Shown here: positions 1-8,339 of the stretch, one piece after another
How the letters are laid out: each line of letters begins with the position of its first letter
Position numbering within the stretch: the stretch's first letter is position 1
IMG/VR virus record: IMGVR_UViG_3300031732_000201
Span: 1 to 24,379 of that record
DNA: 24,379 bases
Strand: one strand, 5' to 3'
Source: a virus
Lineage: Duplodnaviria; Caudoviricetes
The notes under the pieces: model-generated
Database searches by the model: none
The model's input: the letters and a program-made list of their open reading frames with translations, nothing else
What the model was told of the DNA's origin: nothing
Translations under genes and position numbers: made by a program

Positions 1-222
1 CGGTCTGTCGAGGGGGTCGGAATCGACGACTCTTGGCAGTACTTCCACGAGCGTCCTGCAGCGCAGGACGAGGGCGAAACTGTCGACGCGACCGATCCTG
101 AACCAGCCGGCGAGGTTCGGACCGAGAACGTCCCTCTCCCTCCGAAGACAGCTGACGAACGACGCCCCGATGTCGACGAAGACCGCCAGACCAGCCTCGA
201 CGACTGGAGGTGGTCAGCGTGA
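1..222 (+). CDS. Hypothetical protein, 3' part only (…DEDRQTSLDDWRWSA*)
   Basis: Frame 1 open from base 1 to TGA 220-222; acidic; stop overlaps next start (GTGA); not in ORF track because it is 5'-truncated. Confidence 0.75.
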   Translation, partial: RSVEGVGIDDSWQYFHERPAAQDEGETVDATDPEPAGEVRTENVPLPPKTADERRPDVDEDRQTSLDDWRWSA

Positions 223-464
223 CGACGTGGGTACTTCGGGCCGACGACGGCTACGGCTGCCACCTTGAGTCCGGGCTCCAGTACGTCTCCCTGTGTGGTC
301 GGACGTTCGATCCCGACGATGTCGATCGCGAGCGCTACGAAAACCCGTCGGATCATGATCACCCGCACGCCAGTCTCTGCTTTGACTGCCACACCGTGGG
401 GGTCGGCGGGGAGATCGATGAACTGCGCAGGGAGATCCACTTCGTCGGAGGTGCGTCGGCGTGA
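219..464 (+). CDS. Small Zn-binding protein (H...C...CxxC)
   Basis: GTG 219 preferred over 210: SD GGAGGTG at 206-212 and GTGA overlap; motifs GCHL, SLCGR, LCFDCH. Confidence 0.7.
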   Translation: MTTWVLRADDGYGCHLESGLQYVSLCGRTFDPDDVDRERYENPSDHDHPHASLCFDCHTVGVGGEIDELRREIHFVGGASA

Positions 465-3400
465 GAGACGAGGTTCCCGATGCGGTCGGCGAGGCCATCG
501 TCGACTGGACTAGCCAGAACGATCCTGTCTCCCGAGCAGAGTTTGACCGCCTCAACTCGGTGCTAATCCGGAGCGTCGGCGAGGCCGCTGAGCACGAAGA
601 GTACGGTCGCAACCAGCACCTCCGTCAGACTGATGCCGAGACAGCTGGGGTTTTCGCCTTCGACCACGACGTTGCGCTCGCCCGGCTGGACGACGACATT
701 GAGTACGTCGACCTCCACGGCTACGCCCTTGAGGAGGGATTTGTCCCGATCCTGGTCTGTCTGGCTGGCGACATAGACGACGTCGCCGATCGCCAGCATC
801 GCCTTTATCATCTCGTCGACAATACGTCACCCTGCGAGTGCAGGGCAGTGACCGATGGTGTTCCGCTCGAAGATTGCGTCTCTCGCTTCCTGGACCGCTA
901 CCCCGACGCGAGTATCCCGATGATCGCGGGCGGCGTCAATGCACCTCCGTCAGCGGTCGCGGAGGTCCTCGACGAGAATACCCCAGAATCGGGAGAACAT
1001 TCAAGTAGTAGAACCGGAGATCGCGTAAGCAGGCCGTTTTCGCGGTCGCGTCAGGACCGCCTTCGACGCTCGTGTAACACGGGGCAGTGGGAGGATGCTG
1101 ACTTCCCGACACCTGAGTCCGGCATTTTCCCACCGGGACAGTTCGAGCGCGTGCAGTGGATGGGACATCAGCAGAAGAAACCGTTCGCGCCGTGGGGCGA
1201 TCGCAATGCGCCGGCCCCGTGCTCGAAGAACCATCATCCCGAGACTGCGGCCGACTGCGAGTGCGATGCCCGATATAAGTGGGGCTACGACGGCCACTAT
1301 CTCGACGGAAAAACAGCCCAGATGGCCGAGGTCGATCCCCGACTCGATGGATTGGCGTACATCCAACTGCCCGACGACCCCTACGTCTACGTTGACGGCG
1401 ATGACGTTCGGGACCCGGAGACTGGCGACGTCCACCCGGCGCTCATCGCAATTCTCGAACATCTGGGGCTGACCTACGCCGACGTCTCCCAATCAGGAAA
1501 GGGTGTCCACGCGATCTACAAGGGTGACCTCCCCGACGGGGTCAAACAGGCCAGCTGGCGACTTGACGAGGATCCGTGGGAAAGCAACGAGGACCTCCCC
1601 TCCATCGAAGTGTATCCCGGCAAGCGCGTCTGTGTGATGACCGGCGCTCACGTCCCCGGGACGCCGACCGAGATCGCCGAGTGGAATGACGACGTCCTCG
1701 ACGCCCTCTTGGAAGCCAACGATCAGGTCGCGATCAACCAGCGAGATAACGCTGATCGCGACGATGTGTTGACGGCACGGGAGGACTACGATCTTGAGGA
1801 CTACGAGCCCGCAGCGACAGCGTCCTCGGAGACGACCGACGACATCCGAGACGTCTTCGCGGCGCTCGACCGGTTGGACGCTCGCCGAGTCGCCGAACGG
1901 ACGATCATCCACCGCTGGAACGACGACGCCTCGACGAGCGACGGCTACCGCGCGTTCTACCCCACCTGGGGGAAGACCTCGAACGGGACCGCGAACGTCG
2001 TCAACGACCAGATCTGGCAGGACACCGGCGACCTCGGCGGCTACGGCGGTCCGGTCGTCATGTCCCTTATTGACATTGGCGAGATGCGGCCCTCGAACGC
2101 CTCCCCCCGGAAGGCAACCGGCCGACTGTGGTTCCAGGGCATCGAGCACCTCCAGGACCTCGGCTTCGACATCCCGACCCTGGTGCCGCCGACACCCGAC
2201 TCCGAATCGGCGAACAGCGAGTGGACCGTTGAGGAGTGTGAGCCGCCGCCGCGGGACGCCGAGACGTTCGACCGCGAACAGCGCTGGGCCGAGCTGCAGG
2301 GCGAGCGCTTCGACGATGTCCTCGAGCACGACGGCATCGACCTTTGGAGTGACGAGGCGGGCGCCGGGAAGACCACGAATGCTCCCCTCGGCGCCCTCAA
2401 GCGCGACCAGGGCCACGCCATCTACTTCGACAAGCACGAGAAGGCCCGCGAGTTCACCAAGGACGACGCGATCCAGGACTTCGAGGGCGACGCCTTACAG
2501 GACGCCGAGTACTTCCACATGAAGGGCGGCGAGCAGAAGCGCCACGGCCACTGCATGGACGCCGATCACGCCGACGAGGACTGCCCCGAGCACGGCCACC
2601 CCTCGCAGTGCCCATCGATGTGCCCGATCTACGACCTCGACCCCGAGCACGAGACCCGGCAGGCCTACGAGGCCCTCGTCCGCGAGGTCGGCCCGAACAA
2701 GGCCCACCAGATCCTCGACCTCCACGAGGCGGGCGAATACGAGTGGCACGGCGAGGAGTGCGCCTGGCAGGCGCAGTACTCCGCGGTCGAGAGCGAGCCC
2801 TTCGTCGTCGGCGTCCACCCGTATGTCATCCAGAAGAGCGTCCGCTCTGGGCTGAACATCATCGACGAGACGCCCGACCTCCACTCTCGGGAGACGACGG
2901 CGGGCCCGACCGAGCTGACGCGCATCGCGAACACGCTCGAACGCATCGCCGATCTCCGGGCCCGCGACGACCCGGTCGCGTACACCGCTCGCGAACTCGC
3001 TCGGTTCACCCGCGACGTCGTCGACGTCATCGCCGACGTCGAGAACGCCGACGGCCTCAAGGATCTCACGGCGCCGACCATCACTTGGAACGCCTACGAG
3101 ACCTATGACGACGCCGCCGGACACTATCTCGAGCAGGAGCAGCCCGAGGGGGACTGGCAGCTCGCCGAGGCGCTCGCGAAGGCGAAGGTCGCCCACGGCG
3201 AGACCGTCCTCACCCGGATGCAGAACGACAACTGGGAGGGGACGCCCATCTCAATCGACGCGGTGCTCGCCGCCGCGGTCGAAGCCGGGCTCGACGAAGA
3301 GCCCGTCATGCAGGCGGTCGCCCTCTCCCCGATCATCGACAACTGCCCCTGGTGCCATGGGGAACTCAAGCACCACAATGGGGCCCGCTGCTGCGCGAGC

Positions 3401-4768
3401 GACGACTGCGACTGGCACGAGGCCGAGCATGCCCTCATCCACCAAGGCGCCGAGCCCGCCCGCGCCAGCGCGTGGTTCGCGACCGACCCATCCGACGCGA
3501 TCGTCGCGCTCCGCTACCGCGAGCTTCCCCTCACCTCCGAGCTCCCCGCCCCCGAGGACACGCTTGTCCTGGACGCGACCGCGACCCCTGATAAGGTCGC
3601 GACGCTGTTCGGCGTCGACCGCGATGAGGTCCGCGTCGCCGGCGACGATCCCCTCGAAATCCCGAACCTCCACACGACGCAGGTCCTCGACGGCCAGTAC
3701 CACGCCGGCACCATCCGCAGCGCCCTCGAGGACGACGGCTCGCTCGCGGGGCGCATCCAGCGCGCCATCGACACGGCGGCCGACGTCCACGAAAAGCCCC
3801 TCTACATTGTGAAGAGCGACCTCATCCCCGAGTTCGACTTCCCAGAGCGCGGCGAAGTCCTCCACTACCACGCGACCCGCGGCTTGAACCGGAACGACTG
3901 CGACGCCGTGATGTGCATCGGCGCGCCTCACCCCGACGTCGAGGACCTCAAGCGGGACGCCCAGCTGCTCGCGATGGCTCGCGACGATGTCGCCGCCGGC
4001 GGCGCCGAGCACTCGACGCGGCGCGGCGCCGAGAACCCTCCGGTCTACCGGAAGCTCCACTATGAGGACGACGCCGGCCGCGGGCGTGCCGTCCCGACGA
4101 AGCACTACACCGGCCTAGTCGGCACGCTCTTTCGGGAGTCCCGGGAGAAGGAACTCGTCCAGGCACTCCACCGCATCCGCCCCCTGATTGCCGACGAGGC
4201 GAAGCACGCCTACCTCCTGACGAACGTCCCGACCGAGATCCCCGTCGACGAGCCTGCGACGTTCGAGGACCTCGCCGATCCCCTTGAGGCGATTATCGAC
4301 GTCCCCTCCGGCGCGGTCGACCTGCTGAAGGCGACCCACGACGTCGTCGCCGGCGACGGCCCGAACGGGTTCCGCGCTGGGCAGCTCGTCGAGGAGTGCG
4401 ACGGCGTCGTCTCGAACAAGGTCGACGGCTACTACCGGCTCGCCCAGCTGTCCGGCCTGGACGTCTCGAAGCGCACGGTCTACAACTGGGTGAACGCGCT
4501 CAAGGAGGTCGGCCTCCTACGGCCCGAAGGATACGAACAGCACGCTGGGGTGTCCTACGCAGTCGATACTGCTACTTTGAAATCGGCCCTATCGGTGCTC
4601 TCCCATAACGGTGGCTTCAAAGTAGCCGCAGTCCGGCGCTTCCGCCGCATAATCGCCGATTCGACGTCTGGGTTCGACTGGCTGGAGTGGGCCCGCGACG
4701 CTTTCACCCTCCAGGGCAACGGGGAGATCGCCGATTCGCCTCCGGCCGGGGGTGGGTTGGGGACGTGA
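461..4768 (+). CDS. Replication protein: AEP-type primase-polymerase fused to SF2 (XPD/DinG-like) helicase and C-terminal wHTH
   Basis: AEP motifs YVDGDD, SQSGKGVH, IEVY-x-GKRVCVMTG; Walker A EAGAGKTT; Walker B NIIDETP; VLDATAT (III), TRGLN (V), QALHRIR (VI); C-terminal SGLDVSKRTVYNWVNALKEVGLL; SD GGAGGTG 447-453. Confidence 0.8.
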   Translation: MRDEVPDAVGEAIVDWTSQNDPVSRAEFDRLNSVLIRSVGEAAEHEEYGRNQHLRQTDAETAGVFAFDHDVALARLDDDIEYVDLHGYALEEGFVPILVCLAGDIDDVADRQHRLYHLVDNTSPCECRAVTDGVPLEDCVSRFLDRYPDASIPMIAGGVNAPPSAVAEVLDENTPESGEHSSSRTGDRVSRPFSRSRQDRLRRSCNTGQWEDADFPTPESGIFPPGQFERVQWMGHQQKKPFAPWGDRNAPAPCSKNHHPETAADCECDARYKWGYDGHYLDGKTAQMAEVDPRLDGLAYIQLPDDPYVYVDGDDVRDPETGDVHPALIAILEHLGLTYADVSQSGKGVHAIYKGDLPDGVKQASWRLDEDPWESNEDLPSIEVYPGKRVCVMTGAHVPGTPTEIAEWNDDVLDALLEANDQVAINQRDNADRDDVLTAREDYDLEDYEPAATASSETTDDIRDVFAALDRLDARRVAERTIIHRWNDDASTSDGYRAFYPTWGKTSNGTANVVNDQIWQDTGDLGGYGGPVVMSLIDIGEMRPSNASPRKATGRLWFQGIEHLQDLGFDIPTLVPPTPDSESANSEWTVEECEPPPRDAETFDREQRWAELQGERFDDVLEHDGIDLWSDEAGAGKTTNAPLGALKRDQGHAIYFDKHEKAREFTKDDAIQDFEGDALQDAEYFHMKGGEQKRHGHCMDADHADEDCPEHGHPSQCPSMCPIYDLDPEHETRQAYEALVREVGPNKAHQILDLHEAGEYEWHGEECAWQAQYSAVESEPFVVGVHPYVIQKSVRSGLNIIDETPDLHSRETTAGPTELTRIANTLERIADLRARDDPVAYTARELARFTRDVVDVIADVENADGLKDLTAPTITWNAYETYDDAAGHYLEQEQPEGDWQLAEALAKAKVAHGETVLTRMQNDNWEGTPISIDAVLAAAVEAGLDEEPVMQAVALSPIIDNCPWCHGELKHHNGARCCASDDCDWHEAEHALIHQGAEPARASAWFATDPSDAIVALRYRELPLTSELPAPEDTLVLDATATPDKVATLFGVDRDEVRVAGDDPLEIPNLHTTQVLDGQYHAGTIRSALEDDGSLAGRIQRAIDTAADVHEKPLYIVKSDLIPEFDFPERGEVLHYHATRGLNRNDCDAVMCIGAPHPDVEDLKRDAQLLAMARDDVAAGGAEHSTRRGAENPPVYRKLHYEDDAGRGRAVPTKHYTGLVGTLFRESREKELVQALHRIRPLIADEAKHAYLLTNVPTEIPVDEPATFEDLADPLEAIIDVPSGAVDLLKATHDVVAGDGPNGFRAGQLVEECDGVVSNKVDGYYRLAQLSGLDVSKRTVYNWVNALKEVGLLRPEGYEQHAGVSYAVDTATLKSALSVLSHNGGFKVAAVRRFRRIIADSTSGFDWLEWARDAFTLQGNGEIADSPPAGGGLGT

Positions 4769-5013
4769 CAGGCTCCGAGTCGGAGGGAGTCAGCCCCCTC
4801 CCGCCGAGCGCCAAGTACGTCTACTACGTCCTCGAGAACGCGGAGGACGGGAAGCTCACGCGCAGCGAGCTAATCGAGGAGACCGAGCTCCCTGAGCGCA
4901 CCATCGACGACGCCCTGCAGACCCTCAAAAACCGCGATTACGTCTTCACGTCGCGCAAATCCACGGACATGAGACAGGTCGTCTGCAGAATCCGCGAGGA
5001 TACTGACATATAA
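4765..5013 (+). CDS. Winged-HTH (MarR-like) transcriptional regulator, haloarchaeal type
   Basis: LPPSAKYVYYVLE...LTRSELIEETELPERTIDDALQTL; GTG 4765 overlaps upstream TGA; GGGGGTG at 4748-4754. Confidence 0.8.
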   Translation: MTGSESEGVSPLPPSAKYVYYVLENAEDGKLTRSELIEETELPERTIDDALQTLKNRDYVFTSRKSTDMRQVVCRIREDTDI

Positions 5014-5104
5014 CAGACTGAACACCCCTCTCACACATGTAGGCCGTCGACGACTCGGTCGGGCTCGCTCTCAAGCCGCCGTCCGGCGGTATCCCACCCC
5101 AGCT

Positions 5105-5668
5105 ATGGCTACGTCATCCACCCTCTCGCCGACGATGTTGTCCCGCAATCTCGAAGAAGACGCACTGGAAATCCCGGACGACCCGGCGAGGGTCTTCGGC
5201 GAGGTCGTCGAACGCAACGACCGCGTCTGCCGGAACTGCTACCGGCGCCTCCGCCGGAAGGCCACCTTCCCCCAGACCGCCGGTTTCGACTACGGCGACG
5301 TCCTCAGCTACGTCGACTGGGTCCTCCCAACCGGCTCGAAGTGGGACCTCCTGGACCGCGAGTACTACGAGCGCCTCAAGCTCCCGCAGCGGCTGGGCCC
5401 GGCCTACTCTGACGACGGCAAGACCTCTTACTGCAGGAACTGCGGAACCATGGACCCCCACCGAACCCCGACGACGCGGTCGAAGCAGAACGCCCGCGAC
5501 GTCGCAATCAACCTCACGACCACGCTCCACGAGCTCGGCATCGACCACGACTGGGTCTACCTCGTCAAGCGCGTCGTCGAACTGAAAAGCCAGCCAGACA
5601 CCGCCGGCGACGACTTCACCTGCTTCCGTCGGCCGACGGCTGAGGCCATCCAGATCGTAAAAGAATAA
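5105..5668 (+). CDS. Hypothetical protein with two CxxC motifs (possible Zn-binding)
   Basis: CRNC occurs twice (VCRNCY, YCRNCG); host-like codon use; ends in tandem stops TAA TGA TAG. Confidence 0.7.
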   Translation: MATSSTLSPTMLSRNLEEDALEIPDDPARVFGEVVERNDRVCRNCYRRLRRKATFPQTAGFDYGDVLSYVDWVLPTGSKWDLLDREYYERLKLPQRLGPAYSDDGKTSYCRNCGTMDPHRTPTTRSKQNARDVAINLTTTLHELGIDHDWVYLVKRVVELKSQPDTAGDDFTCFRRPTAEAIQIVKE

Positions 5669-5777
5669 TGATAGGAACGCCCCGCGGCGCCGAGGTCCCA
5701 CCCTCGCGCCGCCGCAGTACCACGGTTTCCCCCGCGAATTTGGGAGTTCAGGCGCGCAGGCGCGCGAGGCAATTGCG

Positions 5778-6251
5778 ATGAAGCCGGAGCTGGTTGACCG
5801 TCGCGAGCGCACCTTCAAGCTCCTGATTGTCGAGGGCCGGAAGTACACCGACGTCGTTGAGACGATAGCTCGCGAGTACGACATCACCGAGTCGGGCGTT
5901 CAAACCGATATCGACCGGATGGACTCCTGGCTCCCGAAGATTGTCGAGGAAAGCGACGTCACCCGGGAGGACGGACTCGTACGACTGAAGGAACTCCGGC
6001 AGAACCGACAGCGCCTTCAGCAGATGGCGCTCGAAGCGAGGAAGAACAACGACCTGATGGACGAACTTCAGATACGTCGGAAAGTCGAGGATAATATCGA
6101 ACTCGATATCGCACTCTCGCAGTCGCTCGGGCACACGTCGCGGGAACCGACGCCGATGGAGAACGCGATGGAAGAGTTCGCGACCGGCGCGATGCGAGTC
6201 GAGTTCGAGGGCGACGGCGACGCCGAGGAAACTGAAAGCGAGGTAGAATGA
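5778..6251 (+). CDS. Putative terminase small subunit
   Basis: N-terminal HTH (YTDVVETIAREYDITESGVQTDIDRM), central coiled coil, 157 aa, upstream of TerL. Confidence 0.65.
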   Translation: MKPELVDRRERTFKLLIVEGRKYTDVVETIAREYDITESGVQTDIDRMDSWLPKIVEESDVTREDGLVRLKELRQNRQRLQQMALEARKNNDLMDELQIRRKVEDNIELDIALSQSLGHTSREPTPMENAMEEFATGAMRVEFEGDGDAEETESEVE

Positions 6252-6385
6252 CCGGAGGGGTCGCCTCAACGGTCGATGTCGACGCGAGTCGCGGAACGTA
6301 TCGGGAACTCGAAACGTCGTTGCGACGGCGCCGCGACCGCACGACTGCGCTCGGACAACGGGTATCAACGCGAGTCGATAGGTAA
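6248..6385 (+). CDS. Possible 45-aa microprotein (MTGGVASTVDVDASRG…)
   Basis: ATGA overlap with upstream stop; TAA followed by CG-ATG of the HNH gene; fills the gap exactly; no recognisable motif. Confidence 0.4.
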   Translation: MTGGVASTVDVDASRGTYRELETSLRRRRDRTTALGQRVSTRVDR

Positions 6386-6387
6386 CG

Positions 6388-6678
6388 ATGCCGACGTATC
6401 CCGACGATTGGAGCGAACGACGCGAGCGAGTCCTTCGTCGCGACGGCTACCGCTGTCGTCGGTGCGGCGCTCGCGGTCGACAGCACGGCGGCGAGGCGAC
6501 GCTTCACGTCCACCACACAAACGGCCGAGACCACGATATATCGAATCTCGTAACTCTCTGCGGGGACTGCCACGCCGACCAGCACGAAAACGACCACCTT
6601 CGCGACCGACGCTCGCGAAAATCGAAACGCGGACCGCGACGTATCCGGCGACCATCCCGGTCGAGGTCGAGACGATGA
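6388..6678 (+). CDS. HNH endonuclease (terminase-associated type)
   Basis: YPDDW..RRERVLRRDGYRCRRCG...LHVHH...SNLVTLCGDCHADQH. Confidence 0.9.
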   Translation: MPTYPDDWSERRERVLRRDGYRCRRCGARGRQHGGEATLHVHHTNGRDHDISNLVTLCGDCHADQHENDHLRDRRSRKSKRGPRRIRRPSRSRSRR

Positions 6679-6708
6679 CCGAGTTAGAACAGTCCGGCAT
6701 TTGACGAA

Positions 6709-6900
6709 ATGATGACACCAGATCGAACCTTCACGGCACAGCCGAGAGACGAACAGGCGACCGAGGACCAGACCTGCGAGAACTGCGGCGGCGACCTTCG
6801 GACCGATACCGAACGGTTACACGGGAAACACCGCGACTGTCGCGAGGCGGCGGTCAACAACGATGTCGCCGACGCCGTCGAGGACGCGGTCGGCGAGTAA
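6709..6900 (+). CDS. Small Zn-finger protein (CxxC...HxxC)
   Basis: CENCGG...HRDC; acidic; TAA-CG-ATG junction to next ORF; start could be 6709 or 6712. Confidence 0.65.
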   Translation: MMTPDRTFTAQPRDEQATEDQTCENCGGDLRTDTERLHGKHRDCREAAVNNDVADAVEDAVGE

Positions 6901-6902
6901 CG

Positions 6903-7016
6903 ATGGCGACGACGATTTGCTTCCGGTGCCGAACGCCGATACGCGAGCGGCGGGCTTCGATACGAGACCGACGCGGCGAACCGGTACACCGCCCGTCGAA
7001 CTGTAACTTCGCCTAA
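6903..7016 (+). CDS. 37-aa Zn-finger microprotein (MATTICFRCRTPIRERRASIRDRRGEPVHRPSNCNFA)
   Basis: Translated manually; CxxC...H...C; fits exactly between neighbours with 2-nt spacers on both sides. Confidence 0.6.
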   Translation: MATTICFRCRTPIRERRASIRDRRGEPVHRPSNCNFA

Positions 7017-7018
7017 CT

Positions 7019-8326
7019 ATGTCGGCCGTATCGGACCCCATCGACGCGCCGGTCGACCCGGTCGGCGGTCTCGACGTCGACGACCCGAACGCGGCGACGC
7101 CGGTCGTCAAGATAACGTGGGCGCCACACCCCCGCCAGCAGGAATACCTCGCCGCTCGCGGCCAGTACCGGTTCCGCGTCTGTTGTTGGGGCCGCCGGTC
7201 CGGTAAGAGCGAGGTCGCCGGCGTCGAGGCGTTCCGGTACGCCGTCGAAAACCCCGGCAGTAAAATCTATTGGGTCGGACCGACGTACGAGCAGTCGAAC
7301 AAGTACGGATTCGATAAACTCTTTCCGAAGATACCGAAGGCGCTACTCGACGGAACGCCGAAGCGCTCGAAGCCCCGCGAGATATACTTCAAGAACGGGT
7401 CAGTTATCGAGTTCCGAACGTCCGACCGACCAGACTCCCTCGACGGCGCCGGCGTCGACTTCCTCGTGGTCGACGAAGCGGCGCAGACGCCGGAGCTCGT
7501 CTGGTACCAGCACCTTCGTCCGACGCTCGCCGACTCGAACGGCGACGCGACGTTCATCTCGACGCCGCGTGGCAAAAACTGGTTCCACGACTGGTTCAAG
7601 CGAGGGCAGTCAGGTGAGCACCCGAACGTCTGGTCGAGTCAGGTCGCGTCGTACGAGAACCCGCACGTCGACGACGGCGAGATCAACGCGGCGGCGCAGG
7701 AGATACCGGACCGCGTTTTCAAGCAGGAGTACCTCGCGGTCTTCGTCGACGACTCGACCGGCGTCTTCGTCGACGTCCGCGAGCGGAACGTCGAGAACTA
7801 CGACTGGCGCGAGCGGAACGGGAACGCGCCGTATACGACGGGCGTCGACTTCGCTCGACATCAAAACTGGACGGTCGTTTCGACGCTCGACCGTGACGGA
7901 CTACTGGTTCACTTCGACCGGTTACAGAAGACATCGTGGACCGAGATACAGTCGCGTGTCGAGGCGGCGCACCAGCAGTACCCCGGTCCGGTTCGTCTCG
8001 ACGCGACGCGGGACAACAAAATCGTGTCGGACCTCGAGGACGCCGGCGTTCCGGTCGAGGCGGTGAACTTCCGTACGGAAAAGAAGCAACTCGTCGAGAA
8101 CCTGATTACGCGCCTCGAAGCCGCCGAGATACGGATACCGAATATCCCGCAGTTGGTGAACGAACTGGAAATATACGATTACGACACGACTCGAACCGGA
8201 AACGTCCGGTATCACGCGCCGGAAGGCTGGCACGACGACTGCGTCGACGCGCTGGCGCTCGCCGCTCGCGAGTCGGCGTCGGCGACGTCGGCGACGTGGG
8301 GTCCCGGTCGCAACGTCCGCGCTTAG
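7019..8326 (+). CDS. terL: Terminase large subunit
   Basis: PHPRQ, Walker A WGRRSGKS, Walker B LVVDEAA, ISTPRG, RNase H-like GVDFA and HDDCVDALALA. Confidence 0.96.
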   Translation: MSAVSDPIDAPVDPVGGLDVDDPNAATPVVKITWAPHPRQQEYLAARGQYRFRVCCWGRRSGKSEVAGVEAFRYAVENPGSKIYWVGPTYEQSNKYGFDKLFPKIPKALLDGTPKRSKPREIYFKNGSVIEFRTSDRPDSLDGAGVDFLVVDEAAQTPELVWYQHLRPTLADSNGDATFISTPRGKNWFHDWFKRGQSGEHPNVWSSQVASYENPHVDDGEINAAAQEIPDRVFKQEYLAVFVDDSTGVFVDVRERNVENYDWRERNGNAPYTTGVDFARHQNWTVVSTLDRDGLLVHFDRLQKTSWTEIQSRVEAAHQQYPGPVRLDATRDNKIVSDLEDAGVPVEAVNFRTEKKQLVENLITRLEAAEIRIPNIPQLVNELEIYDYDTTRTGNVRYHAPEGWHDDCVDALALAARESASATSATWGPGRNVRA

Positions 8327-8339
8327 ATGAACCTAAAAA

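Noticed and set aside
4687-4764. Upstream start for the HTH gene
   Set aside because: Overlaps the replicase C-terminus; GTG 4765 has a GTGA overlap and an SD-like sequence
7019-8326. Intein in TerL or the replicase
   Set aside because: TerL is normal length with contiguous motifs; no C…HN-C/S/T splice signature or LAGLIDADG motif noticed in either
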